Shown here: positions 53,717 to 62,826 of the stretch, piece after piece | Layout: each line of letters begins with the position of its first letter | Position numbering within the stretch: position 1 is the first letter of the stretch | NCBI GenBank assembly: GCA_963767005.1 | Contig: CAVYCN010000002.1 | Location: 256,001-320,000 of the forward strand | From: an uncultured Actinomycetes bacterium | GTDB lineage: Bacteria; Actinomycetota; Thermoleophilia; UBA2241 | Length of the DNA: 64,000 bases | Reading direction: 5' to 3' | Position numbers and translations under genes: made by a program | Notes under the pieces: model-generated | Told to the model about the DNA's origin: nothing | The model's input: only the letters and a program-made list of their open reading frames with translations | The model's database searches: none

Positions 53717-54508
53717 ATGTCGCTGCCAGGCCCTGAGGTACGAGAGATGATCCCGGCGCAACGCCGCGTGCGTATCGTGGAGTTCCTGCGCGACCAGCGC
53801 GCCGTGCGCGTGTCGTCGCTGTCCGAAGAGCTCGGCGTGTCGGAGATGACGATCCGCCGCGACCTCGAGCGCCTCGAGGCCGAGGGGCTGCTCACGCGCA
53901 CGCACGGGGGCGCCATCATCAAGCGGCACATGGCCGAGGAGCCCCAGTACCTCGACAACGTTGCGACGCACGCCGAGGAGAAGGAGCGCATCGCGCGCGC
54001 GGCCGCCGCGCTGATCGAGCCCGGCGAGACCGTCTTCCTGAGCTCTGGCACCACGGCGGCGCGCGTCCTGCGCCACGTGAGCCCTGAGCTCGAGGCGCGC
54101 GTCGTCACCCACAACGCCGGCGCGCTGACCGAGTGCCACGGCCTGCGGCTCGAGCTGATCCTTCTCGGCGGCCGGTTCCGCGCGCGCTCCAACGTGCTCG
54201 ACGGGCCCGCCGCCGTGGAGTTCGTGAGCCGTTTCCATGCCGCCCGCATGCTGATCGGCGTCGACGGGTTCGACCTGCGTGAGGGCCTGACGACGCCGTC
54301 GCTCGGCATCGCCGGCATCGAGCGTGCCATGATCGCCCACACCCGCGGCGAGGTCGTCGTGCTGGCCGACCGCAGCAAGATCGGCGTGGTGGCCGACGTC
54401 GTCATCTGTGGCCTCGACCAGGCCGACGTGGTCATCTGCGACGACGGCGTCGACGACGGCGTGCGCGAGGACATGCGCCGCCTGGGCCTGCGCTGCATGG
54501 TCGTATGA
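53717..54508 (+). CDS. DeoR/GlpR-family regulator 2
   Basis: VSEMTIRRDL...RTHGGA, EKERIA, SSGTT, ADRSK. Confidence 0.93.
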   Translation: MSLPGPEVREMIPAQRRVRIVEFLRDQRAVRVSSLSEELGVSEMTIRRDLERLEAEGLLTRTHGGAIIKRHMAEEPQYLDNVATHAEEKERIARAAAALIEPGETVFLSSGTTAARVLRHVSPELEARVVTHNAGALTECHGLRLELILLGGRFRARSNVLDGPAAVEFVSRFHAARMLIGVDGFDLREGLTTPSLGIAGIERAMIAHTRGEVVVLADRSKIGVVADVVICGLDQADVVICDDGVDDGVREDMRRLGLRCMVV

Positions 54509-54574
54509 GTCGTCCCGCACGAGTGCCGGCGCGCCGCGCCGTGCGAGGCTGAGCGCCGACATCGGAGGGAAGCG

Positions 54575-55825
54575 TTGGACCCGGACAGGGCAAACGAGCT
54601 GCTCGAGGTGGCCGAGAGGCTGGCGGCCGACGCCGCCGCGCTGCGCGCCGAGCTCGACTACGAGTTCAAGACCGGTCAGCTCGCGGCGGTGGTCGCCGAC
54701 GACTACGACCTCGGCGAGGTCGTCGGCGTCGACCAGATCTTCGGCGGCTACTGCAACCTGAGCTTCGCCGTGCGTACGCGCACGGCCGCGGGCGAGCAGC
54801 GCTACTTCGTGCGCAAGTACGGTCGCTCGATCACCGAACGCGAGATCCGCTTCGAGCACGCGCTCGTGCACCACATCGACGGGCAGGGCCTGCATCTGGC
54901 CGCGCGCGTGTACACCAACAAGGCCGGTGGCACCTACGTCGTGCGCGACGAGCTCCACGGTGGTGAGCGCGAGACCAGGTACTTCGCGGTCTACGAGATG
55001 CTCGGCGGGCTCGACAAGTACACCTGGGTGAAGAACCGCCTGACCGACGTCGAGTTCGACAGCGCTGCTCGCGTCCTCGCCCAGTTCCACTATCTGGCCC
55101 ACGACTTCGACCCCGGTGACCTGGGCCGCAACCAGCCGCCGATCATGCAGCTCCTGCGCGACCTGCGCCCGGCCTTTGCGCGCTACGCCGAGCAGGCGAA
55201 GGCCGGTGGGAGCATCGTCGACGACTACTACCTGCACTGGCTACCCACCATCGACGAGGCCCTGCGCCGCGGCGCCGAACAGGAGGCCGACCTGCAGGGG
55301 ATGCCCTACATCCCGGTGCACTGCGACTATCACCCCGGCAACCTCAAGTGGGTCGACGGCGACGTGCCGGCCGGCGCCTCGCGTTGCTGCGGCCTCTTCG
55401 ACTTCGACTGGTCCAAGCTCGACTATCGCATCTTCGACGTGGCCGAGGGCATCGTGTACTTCTGCAGCTCCTGGGAGGGGCACGACAGCGGCGAGCTGTG
55501 GCTCGACAAGGCGGCGATCTTCCTGCGCGCCTACCAGGACGAGGCCGCGCGCTTCGACACGCCCGGGCCGCTGTCGGCAGCCGAGCTCGCGGCTCTGCCG
55601 CGCATGATCGCGAGCGCCAACCTGTACGTGCTCAACTGGGACGTGAGCGCCTACTACGAGGCCGAGGACGAGTTAAACGACGACGAGTACCTCATGTACC
55701 TCAAGCATCAGGTCATGTTGATGGAGTTCATCGAGGCTCACCTCGACGAGCTGTCGCGCCTGGCGGAGCCGCAGGAGGCAGCGGCGCGACCGTCGGGCCT
55801 CGACCACGAGAAGGAGAGGGGCTGA
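54575..55825 (+). CDS. Aminoglycoside/homoserine kinase type II-like phosphotransferase
   Basis: GGYCNLSF, FVRKY, FEHAL, VHCDYHPGN, FDFDW. Confidence 0.82.
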   Translation: MDPDRANELLEVAERLAADAAALRAELDYEFKTGQLAAVVADDYDLGEVVGVDQIFGGYCNLSFAVRTRTAAGEQRYFVRKYGRSITEREIRFEHALVHHIDGQGLHLAARVYTNKAGGTYVVRDELHGGERETRYFAVYEMLGGLDKYTWVKNRLTDVEFDSAARVLAQFHYLAHDFDPGDLGRNQPPIMQLLRDLRPAFARYAEQAKAGGSIVDDYYLHWLPTIDEALRRGAEQEADLQGMPYIPVHCDYHPGNLKWVDGDVPAGASRCCGLFDFDWSKLDYRIFDVAEGIVYFCSSWEGHDSGELWLDKAAIFLRAYQDEAARFDTPGPLSAAELAALPRMIASANLYVLNWDVSAYYEAEDELNDDEYLMYLKHQVMLMEFIEAHLDELSRLAEPQEAAARPSGLDHEKERG

Positions 55826-55830
55826 TCCGC

Positions 55831-57282
55831 ATGGGATTCGCCGAGCTGCTCACGCCGCAGGAGGTCCGCCGCACGCACGAGGCGTCGCTCGAGGTACTCG
55901 AGGCCGTCGGCATCCTGGCGCACAACCCGCGGGCCCGCGACGTCTTCGCCAGGCACGGCTGCACGGTCGACGCCGAGACCGGCGTCGTGCGGCTCCCGGC
56001 CGACGTGGTCGAGCGCTACCGCGCGCTCGCGCCGTCGAGCTTCACGTTCCGGGGCCGCGACCCGAAGTTCGACCGCACCATCCCCGACGACGGCCCGATC
56101 GTCGTCACGGGCTCGTCGGCGCCCAACGTCGTCGACCCGGCGAGCGGCGTGGAACGGCGCGCGACGTCGGCCGACATCGCCACGATCGCGCACCTGATCA
56201 ACGAGCTGCCGGGCTTCGACGTCTTCTCGATCTCGACCCTGGCCGACGACGCGCCAGAGGGCCAGTTCAGCCTGAGCCGCTTCTACCCGGCCCTCAAGAA
56301 CTGTCTCAAGCCGGTGCGCAGCAACACGCCCAACATGGAGGACCTGCGTCAGGTGGTCGAGCTCGGCGAGATCATCGCCGGCGGCCCCGACGCGTACCGC
56401 GAGCGACCCGTCATCAACCACCACTACTGCCCGATGGTGAGCCCGCTCACCATGGACGTCGAGTCGACCGAGGCCGTCCTGTGGCTGACCGAGCGCGGCC
56501 TGCCGGTGTACACGACGGTCGTACCCAACGCCGGCCTGACCGCGCCGATGACCATGATGGGCTGCCTTGTCGTGGGCAACGCCGAGTTCCTCGCCATCAC
56601 CGTGTTCCAGCAGATGGTGAAAGAGGCGACGCCGGTCATCTACGCCAGCCTGCCGACCGTGGCCGACATGCGCACCGGCGCCTACGCGCCGGGCGCGATC
56701 GAGACCGGCATGCTGCTCGCCGCCCAGGCCCAGCTCGCGCGCTTCTACGACGTGCCGGCGGGCGGCTACATCGGGCTCACCAACGCCCACAGCAACGACG
56801 CCCAGGCGGGCTTCGAGACCGGCATGAACACCGTCCTCGGCGTGGCGGCCGGCGCGACCCTGCTTAACATGGGCGGTCTGTTCAGCTCGCTCATGGCGTT
56901 CGACTTCGCCAAGTGCGTGATCGACAACGAGATCGCCCTCATGGACAAGCGCGTCTGGCGCGGCCTCGAGTTCAGCGAGGAGAACCTGGCGCTCGCCGAG
57001 ATCGCGGCCGTCGGACCGGGCGGCAGCTACATGGGCCGCCAGCACACCAAGCAGCGCATGAAGACCACCGCCGTCCTGCCGCGCCTGGCCAACCGCGAGA
57101 TGCGGGCCCAGTGGGAGGACGCCGGGCGTCCCGACATCCACAGCCGGGCGCTGGCCGAGGCGCGCCGCATCCTGGCCGAGCCCAACCCGGCCGTGTGGGA
57201 CGCGTCGCTCGACGCGGCCGTCCGGGCGCGGTTCCCGGGCATCGTCGCCGGCGACGCCGTGCCGCTCGAGGCGCGGGTGTAG
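55831..57282 (+). CDS. MttB-superfamily corrinoid methyltransferase, non-pyrrolysine
   Basis: HEASLEVLE..GI, SPL, AGLTAPMT..G....NAE.LA, DMRTG, DAQAGFE, IDNEI, VGPGG; no internal TAG. Confidence 0.92.
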   Translation: MGFAELLTPQEVRRTHEASLEVLEAVGILAHNPRARDVFARHGCTVDAETGVVRLPADVVERYRALAPSSFTFRGRDPKFDRTIPDDGPIVVTGSSAPNVVDPASGVERRATSADIATIAHLINELPGFDVFSISTLADDAPEGQFSLSRFYPALKNCLKPVRSNTPNMEDLRQVVELGEIIAGGPDAYRERPVINHHYCPMVSPLTMDVESTEAVLWLTERGLPVYTTVVPNAGLTAPMTMMGCLVVGNAEFLAITVFQQMVKEATPVIYASLPTVADMRTGAYAPGAIETGMLLAAQAQLARFYDVPAGGYIGLTNAHSNDAQAGFETGMNTVLGVAAGATLLNMGGLFSSLMAFDFAKCVIDNEIALMDKRVWRGLEFSEENLALAEIAAVGPGGSYMGRQHTKQRMKTTAVLPRLANREMRAQWEDAGRPDIHSRALAEARRILAEPNPAVWDASLDAAVRARFPGIVAGDAVPLEARV

Positions 57283-57372
57283 CGAGCGCGCGGCGAGGAG
57301 CCTGCGAAGAGAAGCGACCGGCCGCGCACGAAGGCGGCCTGACCGGTCACCGTCAAGACCAAGGAGTAGCGC

Positions 57373-58020
57373 ATGGCGCACGAGGAGCTGTTCGAGCAGT
57401 TGAAGCACGCGATCATCGACCAGGACGAGGACGCCGTCCTCGCGGCCGTCGACAAGGGCCTGGCCGCCGGCGTCGAGCCGAAGACCCTGATCGACCAGGG
57501 CCTGCTGCCCGGCCTCAACGTCATCGGCGAGCAGTTCGAGGCCGAAGACATCTTCCTGCCCGAGCTGATGCAGGCGGCTCTGGCGTTCCAGGCGGCCATG
57601 GCCGTGCTCGAGCCGAAGATCAAGGAGAGCGGCAGCGAAGGTCCGAAGAAGGGCAAGATCGTGCTCGGCACGGTCAAGGGCGACCTGCATTCCATCGGCA
57701 AGAACATCCTCAAGCTGCTCTTCGAGACCTCGGGCTACGAGGTGTGGGACCTCGGCATCGACGTCGACCTGTTCAAGTTCGTCGACAAGGCCAAGGAGGT
57801 CGACGCCGACGTCATCGCCATGTCGGCCCTGCTCACCACCACCCTGGTCGGCCAGCGCGATGTGATCGAGGCGCTCAAGGGTCAGGGGACGCGCGAGAAG
57901 TACAAGGTCATCATCGGCGGCGGCGCTACCACCCAGGCGTGGGCCGACCAGATCGAGGCCGACGGCTGGGCCGGCACAGCCTACGAGGCCGTGAACCTCG
58001 TGGGCAGGCTGGTCTCGTGA
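57373..58020 (+). CDS. Methyltransferase-associated corrinoid protein (MtmC/MtbC/MttC-like)
   Basis: Cap domain with IFLPEL, GTVKGDLHSIGK (DxHxxG), SALLTTT, IIGG. Confidence 0.93.
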   Translation: MAHEELFEQLKHAIIDQDEDAVLAAVDKGLAAGVEPKTLIDQGLLPGLNVIGEQFEAEDIFLPELMQAALAFQAAMAVLEPKIKESGSEGPKKGKIVLGTVKGDLHSIGKNILKLLFETSGYEVWDLGIDVDLFKFVDKAKEVDADVIAMSALLTTTLVGQRDVIEALKGQGTREKYKVIIGGGATTQAWADQIEADGWAGTAYEAVNLVGRLVS

Positions 58021-58108
58021 GGCAGTCCGCCGGCGGACGCGGCACGACGGTCACGGCCGTCGCGCGGCGCCGCCATGCTCCGTCGAACCCGACTTGCAGG
58101 AGAACGCC

Positions 58109-59491
58109 ATGATCGATCTGGTAGAGGTCTTCGAGCGCGCCGAGGTCGGCCCGCTCACCTCCGAGACCGACTACTACATGAAGCGCTTCGTCCCCAAGCT
58201 CGCCGAGGTCATCGCCCGGCACAACGTCAAGTGGGACAAGCAGACCATCATCAACTCAGACGACGCCCTCACCGACCGCGTCTTCGAGGCGGCCGTCGAC
58301 CTGCTCGCCGAGGCCGGCGCCTACTGCCCCGAGACCAACCGCGTCATGGAGTTCACGCGCGACGAGATCGTGACCGCCTGCGGCCAGTGCCCGACCGAGG
58401 CGACCTTCGGCGAGGGCCGCGAGCGCAAGGTCATGCGCGGCCGGCGCCCCGACACGACCGACGACCGCCCCTGGGTACACGTCGGCGGCGGCATCTACAC
58501 GACCGATGAGACGGTCTTCGTCGACACGGTCGAGAAGATGGCCTCGTGCAACATCGTCGACTCGGTCAGCGTGCCGTCGATCCTCCACCTGCGCGGCAAG
58601 GACGCCCGCGTGCGCTCGCCGCAGGAGGTGCTCTCTGCCTGCAAGACCGTGCGTCTCGCGCGTGAGGGCATCCGCCGCTCCGGCCGCGCCGGCCTGCCGA
58701 TCATCAACGGCATCTCGGCCGCCTCGCAGCCGGCCTCGATGTTCGCGGCCAGCTACCCCGACTTCGGGCTGCGCCCGAGCGACGGTTTTCTGATCGACTT
58801 TCTGTCGGAGCTCGTGGTGGGGTACGAGGCGCTGCAGAAGGTGGCCTTCTACAACAGCATCTCGGCCAACATCGGCTCGACCTCGACGCCGCTGTTCGGC
58901 GGCTACGCCGGCGGCGCCGAAGGCGTCGCCGTGACGGCCACCTGCTACATGATCATGGGCAACCTGATCTTCCGCGGCAGCTACCACTACAACGCGCCGC
59001 TGCACAGCAAGCTGCACCTGTCGTCGACGCGGCCGCTGATCTGGGCGATCGCCATGTCGAACGCCGCCATCGGCCGCAACATGGGCTACCCTATGGTGAA
59101 CCTGCCCTACCTGGGCGGCGGCTCGGGCACCAAGCAGTACCACTACGAGATGGCCTGCTACATGCTGGCCGTGGTCACCTCGGGCGGCAACGTCTTCTCG
59201 GGCCACCCGGCGATGGCCGTCCAGTCCGACTCGCTCGTGCCCGACGACCACAAGTTCCACGCCGAGATCGGCCTCGCCGCGAGCAAGCTCACCCGCGCCC
59301 AGGCCGAGCCGCTCGCGCAGCAGCTCTACCCGCTGTTCGGCGACAAGCTCAAGGACCCCGACAAAGGCCTGACCTTCCAGGAGGTCTACGACCCGCGCAC
59401 CAAGCAGATCGTGAACGCGCAGTACCAGAAGGCCATGGACGAGGTCCGCGGCGAGCTCGCCGGCATGGGCCTCGAGGTGGCCGTGTCCTGA
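58109..59491 (+). CDS. MtmB-family (monomethylamine methyltransferase-like) protein, non-pyrrolysine
   Basis: ERAEVGP, YCPETNRV, FGEG, SPQE, PLFGGYAGGAEG, GLTFQEVYD; no internal TAG. Confidence 0.85.
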   Translation: MIDLVEVFERAEVGPLTSETDYYMKRFVPKLAEVIARHNVKWDKQTIINSDDALTDRVFEAAVDLLAEAGAYCPETNRVMEFTRDEIVTACGQCPTEATFGEGRERKVMRGRRPDTTDDRPWVHVGGGIYTTDETVFVDTVEKMASCNIVDSVSVPSILHLRGKDARVRSPQEVLSACKTVRLAREGIRRSGRAGLPIINGISAASQPASMFAASYPDFGLRPSDGFLIDFLSELVVGYEALQKVAFYNSISANIGSTSTPLFGGYAGGAEGVAVTATCYMIMGNLIFRGSYHYNAPLHSKLHLSSTRPLIWAIAMSNAAIGRNMGYPMVNLPYLGGGSGTKQYHYEMACYMLAVVTSGGNVFSGHPAMAVQSDSLVPDDHKFHAEIGLAASKLTRAQAEPLAQQLYPLFGDKLKDPDKGLTFQEVYDPRTKQIVNAQYQKAMDEVRGELAGMGLEVAVS

Positions 59492-59561
59492 CGGAAGGGC
59501 GGCGGCCGGGCGGCGACGAGCGACATGGTCGTGGCTCGGGCCGGCGTGACGTCGCGGGGCG

Positions 59562-59609
59562 GACGGGACCGGCGCGGCGAGCCGTATGGCTCGCCGCGCC
59601 GGTCCCGTC
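59562..59609 (+). terminator. 22-bp hairpin ending the methyltransferase operon
   Basis: gacgggaccggcgcggcgagcc-gtat-ggctcgccgcgccggtcccgtc. Confidence 0.6.
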
Positions 59610-59771
59610 TCGCCAGCGGGCCCTGCGAGCACTAGACTAGGCAGGCGACGCGGCGCGCAGGCGCGGCGTCACAGCGGCGGCCGTGGGGCGTACGCCCCAA
59701 CGCCGGCACGCAAGCCACAGGAGAGCAACCAGCAGAAGACGGCCGGCAAGTGACGAGGTCTCCCGGTCGAA

Positions 59772-59909
59772 GGTCGCGCGAGAGACCGTCCGCTCGTCGG
59801 ACGGTCGCCGAAGGGGCAAGGCGGCGGCGCCGCCGAAACTCTCAGGCCAACGGAGCGCGGCCGGACGGGTCCCTGAACGCGCCCGCGAAGGGCGACCACG
59901 TGGACAGGG
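59772..59909 (+). ncRNA. Glycine riboswitch (singlet aptamer plus 3' ghost aptamer)
   Basis: P1 ggtcgcgc/gcgcggcc, GAGAGAC-P2-CGCCGAAGG.GCAA-P3a-GAAACTCTCAGGC; then a ccctgaa...ggacaggg stem; upstream of gcvT. Confidence 0.88.
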
Positions 59910-60110
59910 TGAAGCCAGACGCTTCGCCTCTGTCCATTCTTCGTTTCGGGGGTGGACGGGGCGCACCGGGTCGCAGGCGACTGGGTGGTCGGGCGGCGGC
60001 GGACGGGTAAGGAGGAGGCCGATGACAGCCGCAGCCTCGAAGACGAAGATGCCGGTGGCGCGCACGGTGGCGCGCCCGAGGCGACGCTCGGCGCAGGGGG
60101 GGTGGGCACG

Positions 60111-62801
60111 ATGAGCGCCACTGAGCTCGCGCGCACCGCGCTGCACGACCGTCACGTGGCGGCCGGCGGGCGCATGGTCGATTTCGCCGGCTGGGAGATG
60201 CCGCTGCAGTACGCAGGCGGCATCGTCGGCGAGCACCTGACAACGCGGCGCGAGGCCGGCCTGTTCGACGTGTCGCACATGGGGCGGTTCATGGTGGGCG
60301 GCGCCGAGGCGCTGGCCTTCCTGCAGCGCGTTCTCAGCAACAACGCCGCCGCGCTCGAGGTCGACCAGGCGCAGTACACGATCATCGCCGACGAGGCCGG
60401 CGGGGCGCTCGACGACGCCTACCTGTACCGCTTCGAGGCCGGCGAGTACCTGCTCGTGGTGAACGCAGCGAACCGCCTGACGGACTGGGCCCACTTCGAG
60501 CGCGCGGCCGCGTCGTTCCCCGGCGTCAGGCTGCACGACGCCACCGCCGAGATCGCCATGATCGCGCTGCAGGGGCCGCGCTCGCGGGACATCCTGGCCG
60601 GCGTGATCGGCGCCGGGCGGCTGCCCGAGCCGCTGCGCAACGAGTGCGCGACGGTGGCGGCCGTGGGCACGACCGTGCGCGTCGGTCGCACGGGGTACAC
60701 CGGCGAGCCGCTGTGCTTCGAGCTCTTCGTGCCGGCCGAGGCGGCCACTCGCCTGTGGGACGCCCTTCTGGCGGGCGGCGCCGCGCCGGCCGGCCTCGGC
60801 GCGCGCGATACGCTGCGCCTCGAGGCCGGCCTGCCGCTCTACGGCTTCGAGCTCGGCACAGACGACGACGGCCGTGAGATCCCGATCTTCGCCATCCCGC
60901 TCGCCAAGCTCGCCGTGAGCCTTTCGCCGCTAAAGGGCGACTTCATCGGGCGCGCCACCCTGGCGCGCCAGCACGACGCTTACGCCCGCATCGTGGCGCG
61001 CGACTGGTCGCGGCGCGCCGACCTGCCGCGGCTCGTGCAGCCCCTCGCCCTGGCCGGCCGCGGCGTCGCCCGCACGCACGCTCCCGTGTTCCGGGACGGC
61101 CGCCGGGTCGGTACGGTGACGAGCGGCACCGCAGTGCCGTACTGGGAGGTCGAGGGCGAGGGGCTCGACTCGCGCCAGACCGACCGGCGCGCCCAGCGCT
61201 CGATCGCCCTCGCCTACCTGGACTGCGATGTGGTCGAAGACGACGAGGTGACGGTCGACGTGCGCGGCACGCTCGTGCCCGCGCTCGTCGTGCCGTACCA
61301 CCTGCGCAGCGACGCGCCGCCCTACGCGCGGCCGATCGTCTACGACCACGTGCTGCCGGCGGCCGCGCTGCCCGCGGGGGAGCCTGCCGCCAAGGCCCGG
61401 CTACTGCTCTCAGAGACGCTCGCCAACACGGCCTGGCGCCAGCGCGAGACCATCAACCTGATCCCCTCCGAGATGACGGCCTCGCCGCTCGTGCGCCTGG
61501 TTTCGGTCATGGACCCCGCCTTCCGCTACGCCGAGCACCGCCGCTCCGAGGCCTTCTACGACGACGAGGTCTTCTACTACCAGGGGACCGGGTTCATCGC
61601 CGCGGTCGAGCGCCGCCTCGAGGCCGAGCTCGCCGCCTACCTGGGCTGCGCCGAGACCGAGACGCGCATGGTAAGCGGCCAGATGGCCAACATGGCGGTC
61701 TTCAGCGGTCTCGTCGAGTATGCAAACAGGGCCGACCCCAAGGCCGAGCCGCGCCGCATCCGTTGCGTGCTGAACAACCACATCGGCAAGGGCGGGCACT
61801 TGAGCGCCCAGCCGATGGGCGCCCTGCGCGACTTCGTGGCGCGCGACCCGCGCACCGACGCGCCGGCCGTCGTGAACTTCCCGATGCGTGCCGACGACCC
61901 CTACCGTATCGACGTCGACGAGACCCGCGAGCTGATCGTGCGGCACCGGCCCGAGCTCGTCGTGTTCGGGCGCAGCATGGTGCTGCACCCGGAGCCGGTC
62001 GCCGAGATCGCGAGCTTCCTGCGGGAGCAGCGCTCGGGCGCCGTCGTGCTCTACGACATGGCGCACGTGCTCGGCCTGGTGGGGCCGCACTTCCAGCAGC
62101 CCTTCGCCGAGGGCGCCGACCTGGTCACCGGCTCCACGCACAAGACGTTCTTCGGCACGCAGCGGGGGGTGGTGGGCAGCCGCTACACAGAGAGCGAGGA
62201 GCGTTACGAGCTGTGGGAGGCGATCCGCCGCCGGACGTTCCCGGGATCGGTGTCCAACCACCACCTCGGCACCCTCCTCGGGCTGCTCTTCGCGACCTAC
62301 GAGATGAACGCCTTCCGCGACACCTATCAGCCGCAGGTGATCGCCAACGCCAAGGCCTTTGCCCGCGCCCTGGCCGCGGCCGGCCTCGACGTGCAGGGCG
62401 ACCCCACCGTGGATCACACCGAGACCCATCAGGTGATCGTGCGGGTCGGGTACGGTCGCGGCCACGAGATGGCCGAGCGGCTCGAAGCAAGCGACATCGT
62501 CTGCAACTACCAGGGGCTGCCCGACGAAGAGGCCTTCACCGCCGCCGGCGGCCTGCGCCTGGGGGTGGCCGAGATGACACGCTTCGGCATGCGCGAGAGC
62601 GACTTCGCCGAGCTCGCGCAGCTCGTGGCCGACGTCGTGCTGCGCGACCGCGACGTCGTCGCCGCCGTCCACGACGTGCGCGCCCGGTTCCGCGAGCTGC
62701 GTTTCTGCTTTGCGCCCGAGGAGCTCGGCGACGGCCTCGGCTCGCTGGTCGAGGCCGTCGTCGGGCGACCCGGCCCGGGCGCGGAAGCGGGCCTGCGATG
62801 A
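60111..62801 (+). CDS. GcvT (aminomethyltransferase)-serine hydroxymethyltransferase fusion
   Basis: N-half: FAGWEMPLQY, LFDVSHMG, RTGYTGE, GLGARDTLRLEAG. C-half: INLIPSE, RYAE, SGQMAN, GGHLS, DMAH, GSTHKT, GLRLG. No stop between them. Confidence 0.9.
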   Translation: MSATELARTALHDRHVAAGGRMVDFAGWEMPLQYAGGIVGEHLTTRREAGLFDVSHMGRFMVGGAEALAFLQRVLSNNAAALEVDQAQYTIIADEAGGALDDAYLYRFEAGEYLLVVNAANRLTDWAHFERAAASFPGVRLHDATAEIAMIALQGPRSRDILAGVIGAGRLPEPLRNECATVAAVGTTVRVGRTGYTGEPLCFELFVPAEAATRLWDALLAGGAAPAGLGARDTLRLEAGLPLYGFELGTDDDGREIPIFAIPLAKLAVSLSPLKGDFIGRATLARQHDAYARIVARDWSRRADLPRLVQPLALAGRGVARTHAPVFRDGRRVGTVTSGTAVPYWEVEGEGLDSRQTDRRAQRSIALAYLDCDVVEDDEVTVDVRGTLVPALVVPYHLRSDAPPYARPIVYDHVLPAAALPAGEPAAKARLLLSETLANTAWRQRETINLIPSEMTASPLVRLVSVMDPAFRYAEHRRSEAFYDDEVFYYQGTGFIAAVERRLEAELAAYLGCAETETRMVSGQMANMAVFSGLVEYANRADPKAEPRRIRCVLNNHIGKGGHLSAQPMGALRDFVARDPRTDAPAVVNFPMRADDPYRIDVDETRELIVRHRPELVVFGRSMVLHPEPVAEIASFLREQRSGAVVLYDMAHVLGLVGPHFQQPFAEGADLVTGSTHKTFFGTQRGVVGSRYTESEERYELWEAIRRRTFPGSVSNHHLGTLLGLLFATYEMNAFRDTYQPQVIANAKAFARALAAAGLDVQGDPTVDHTETHQVIVRVGYGRGHEMAERLEASDIVCNYQGLPDEEAFTAAGGLRLGVAEMTRFGMRESDFAELAQLVADVVLRDRDVVAAVHDVRARFRELRFCFAPEELGDGLGSLVEAVVGRPGPGAEAGLR

Positions 62802-62826
62802 CGACCTTCATGCGGGGAGGCTGGCG

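Noticed and set aside
57280-57372. Amber read-through from mttB into the corrinoid gene
   Set aside because: The TAG is at the normal MttB C-terminus, an in-frame TGA follows at 57340-57342, and the corrinoid gene has its own RBS (AAGGAG).
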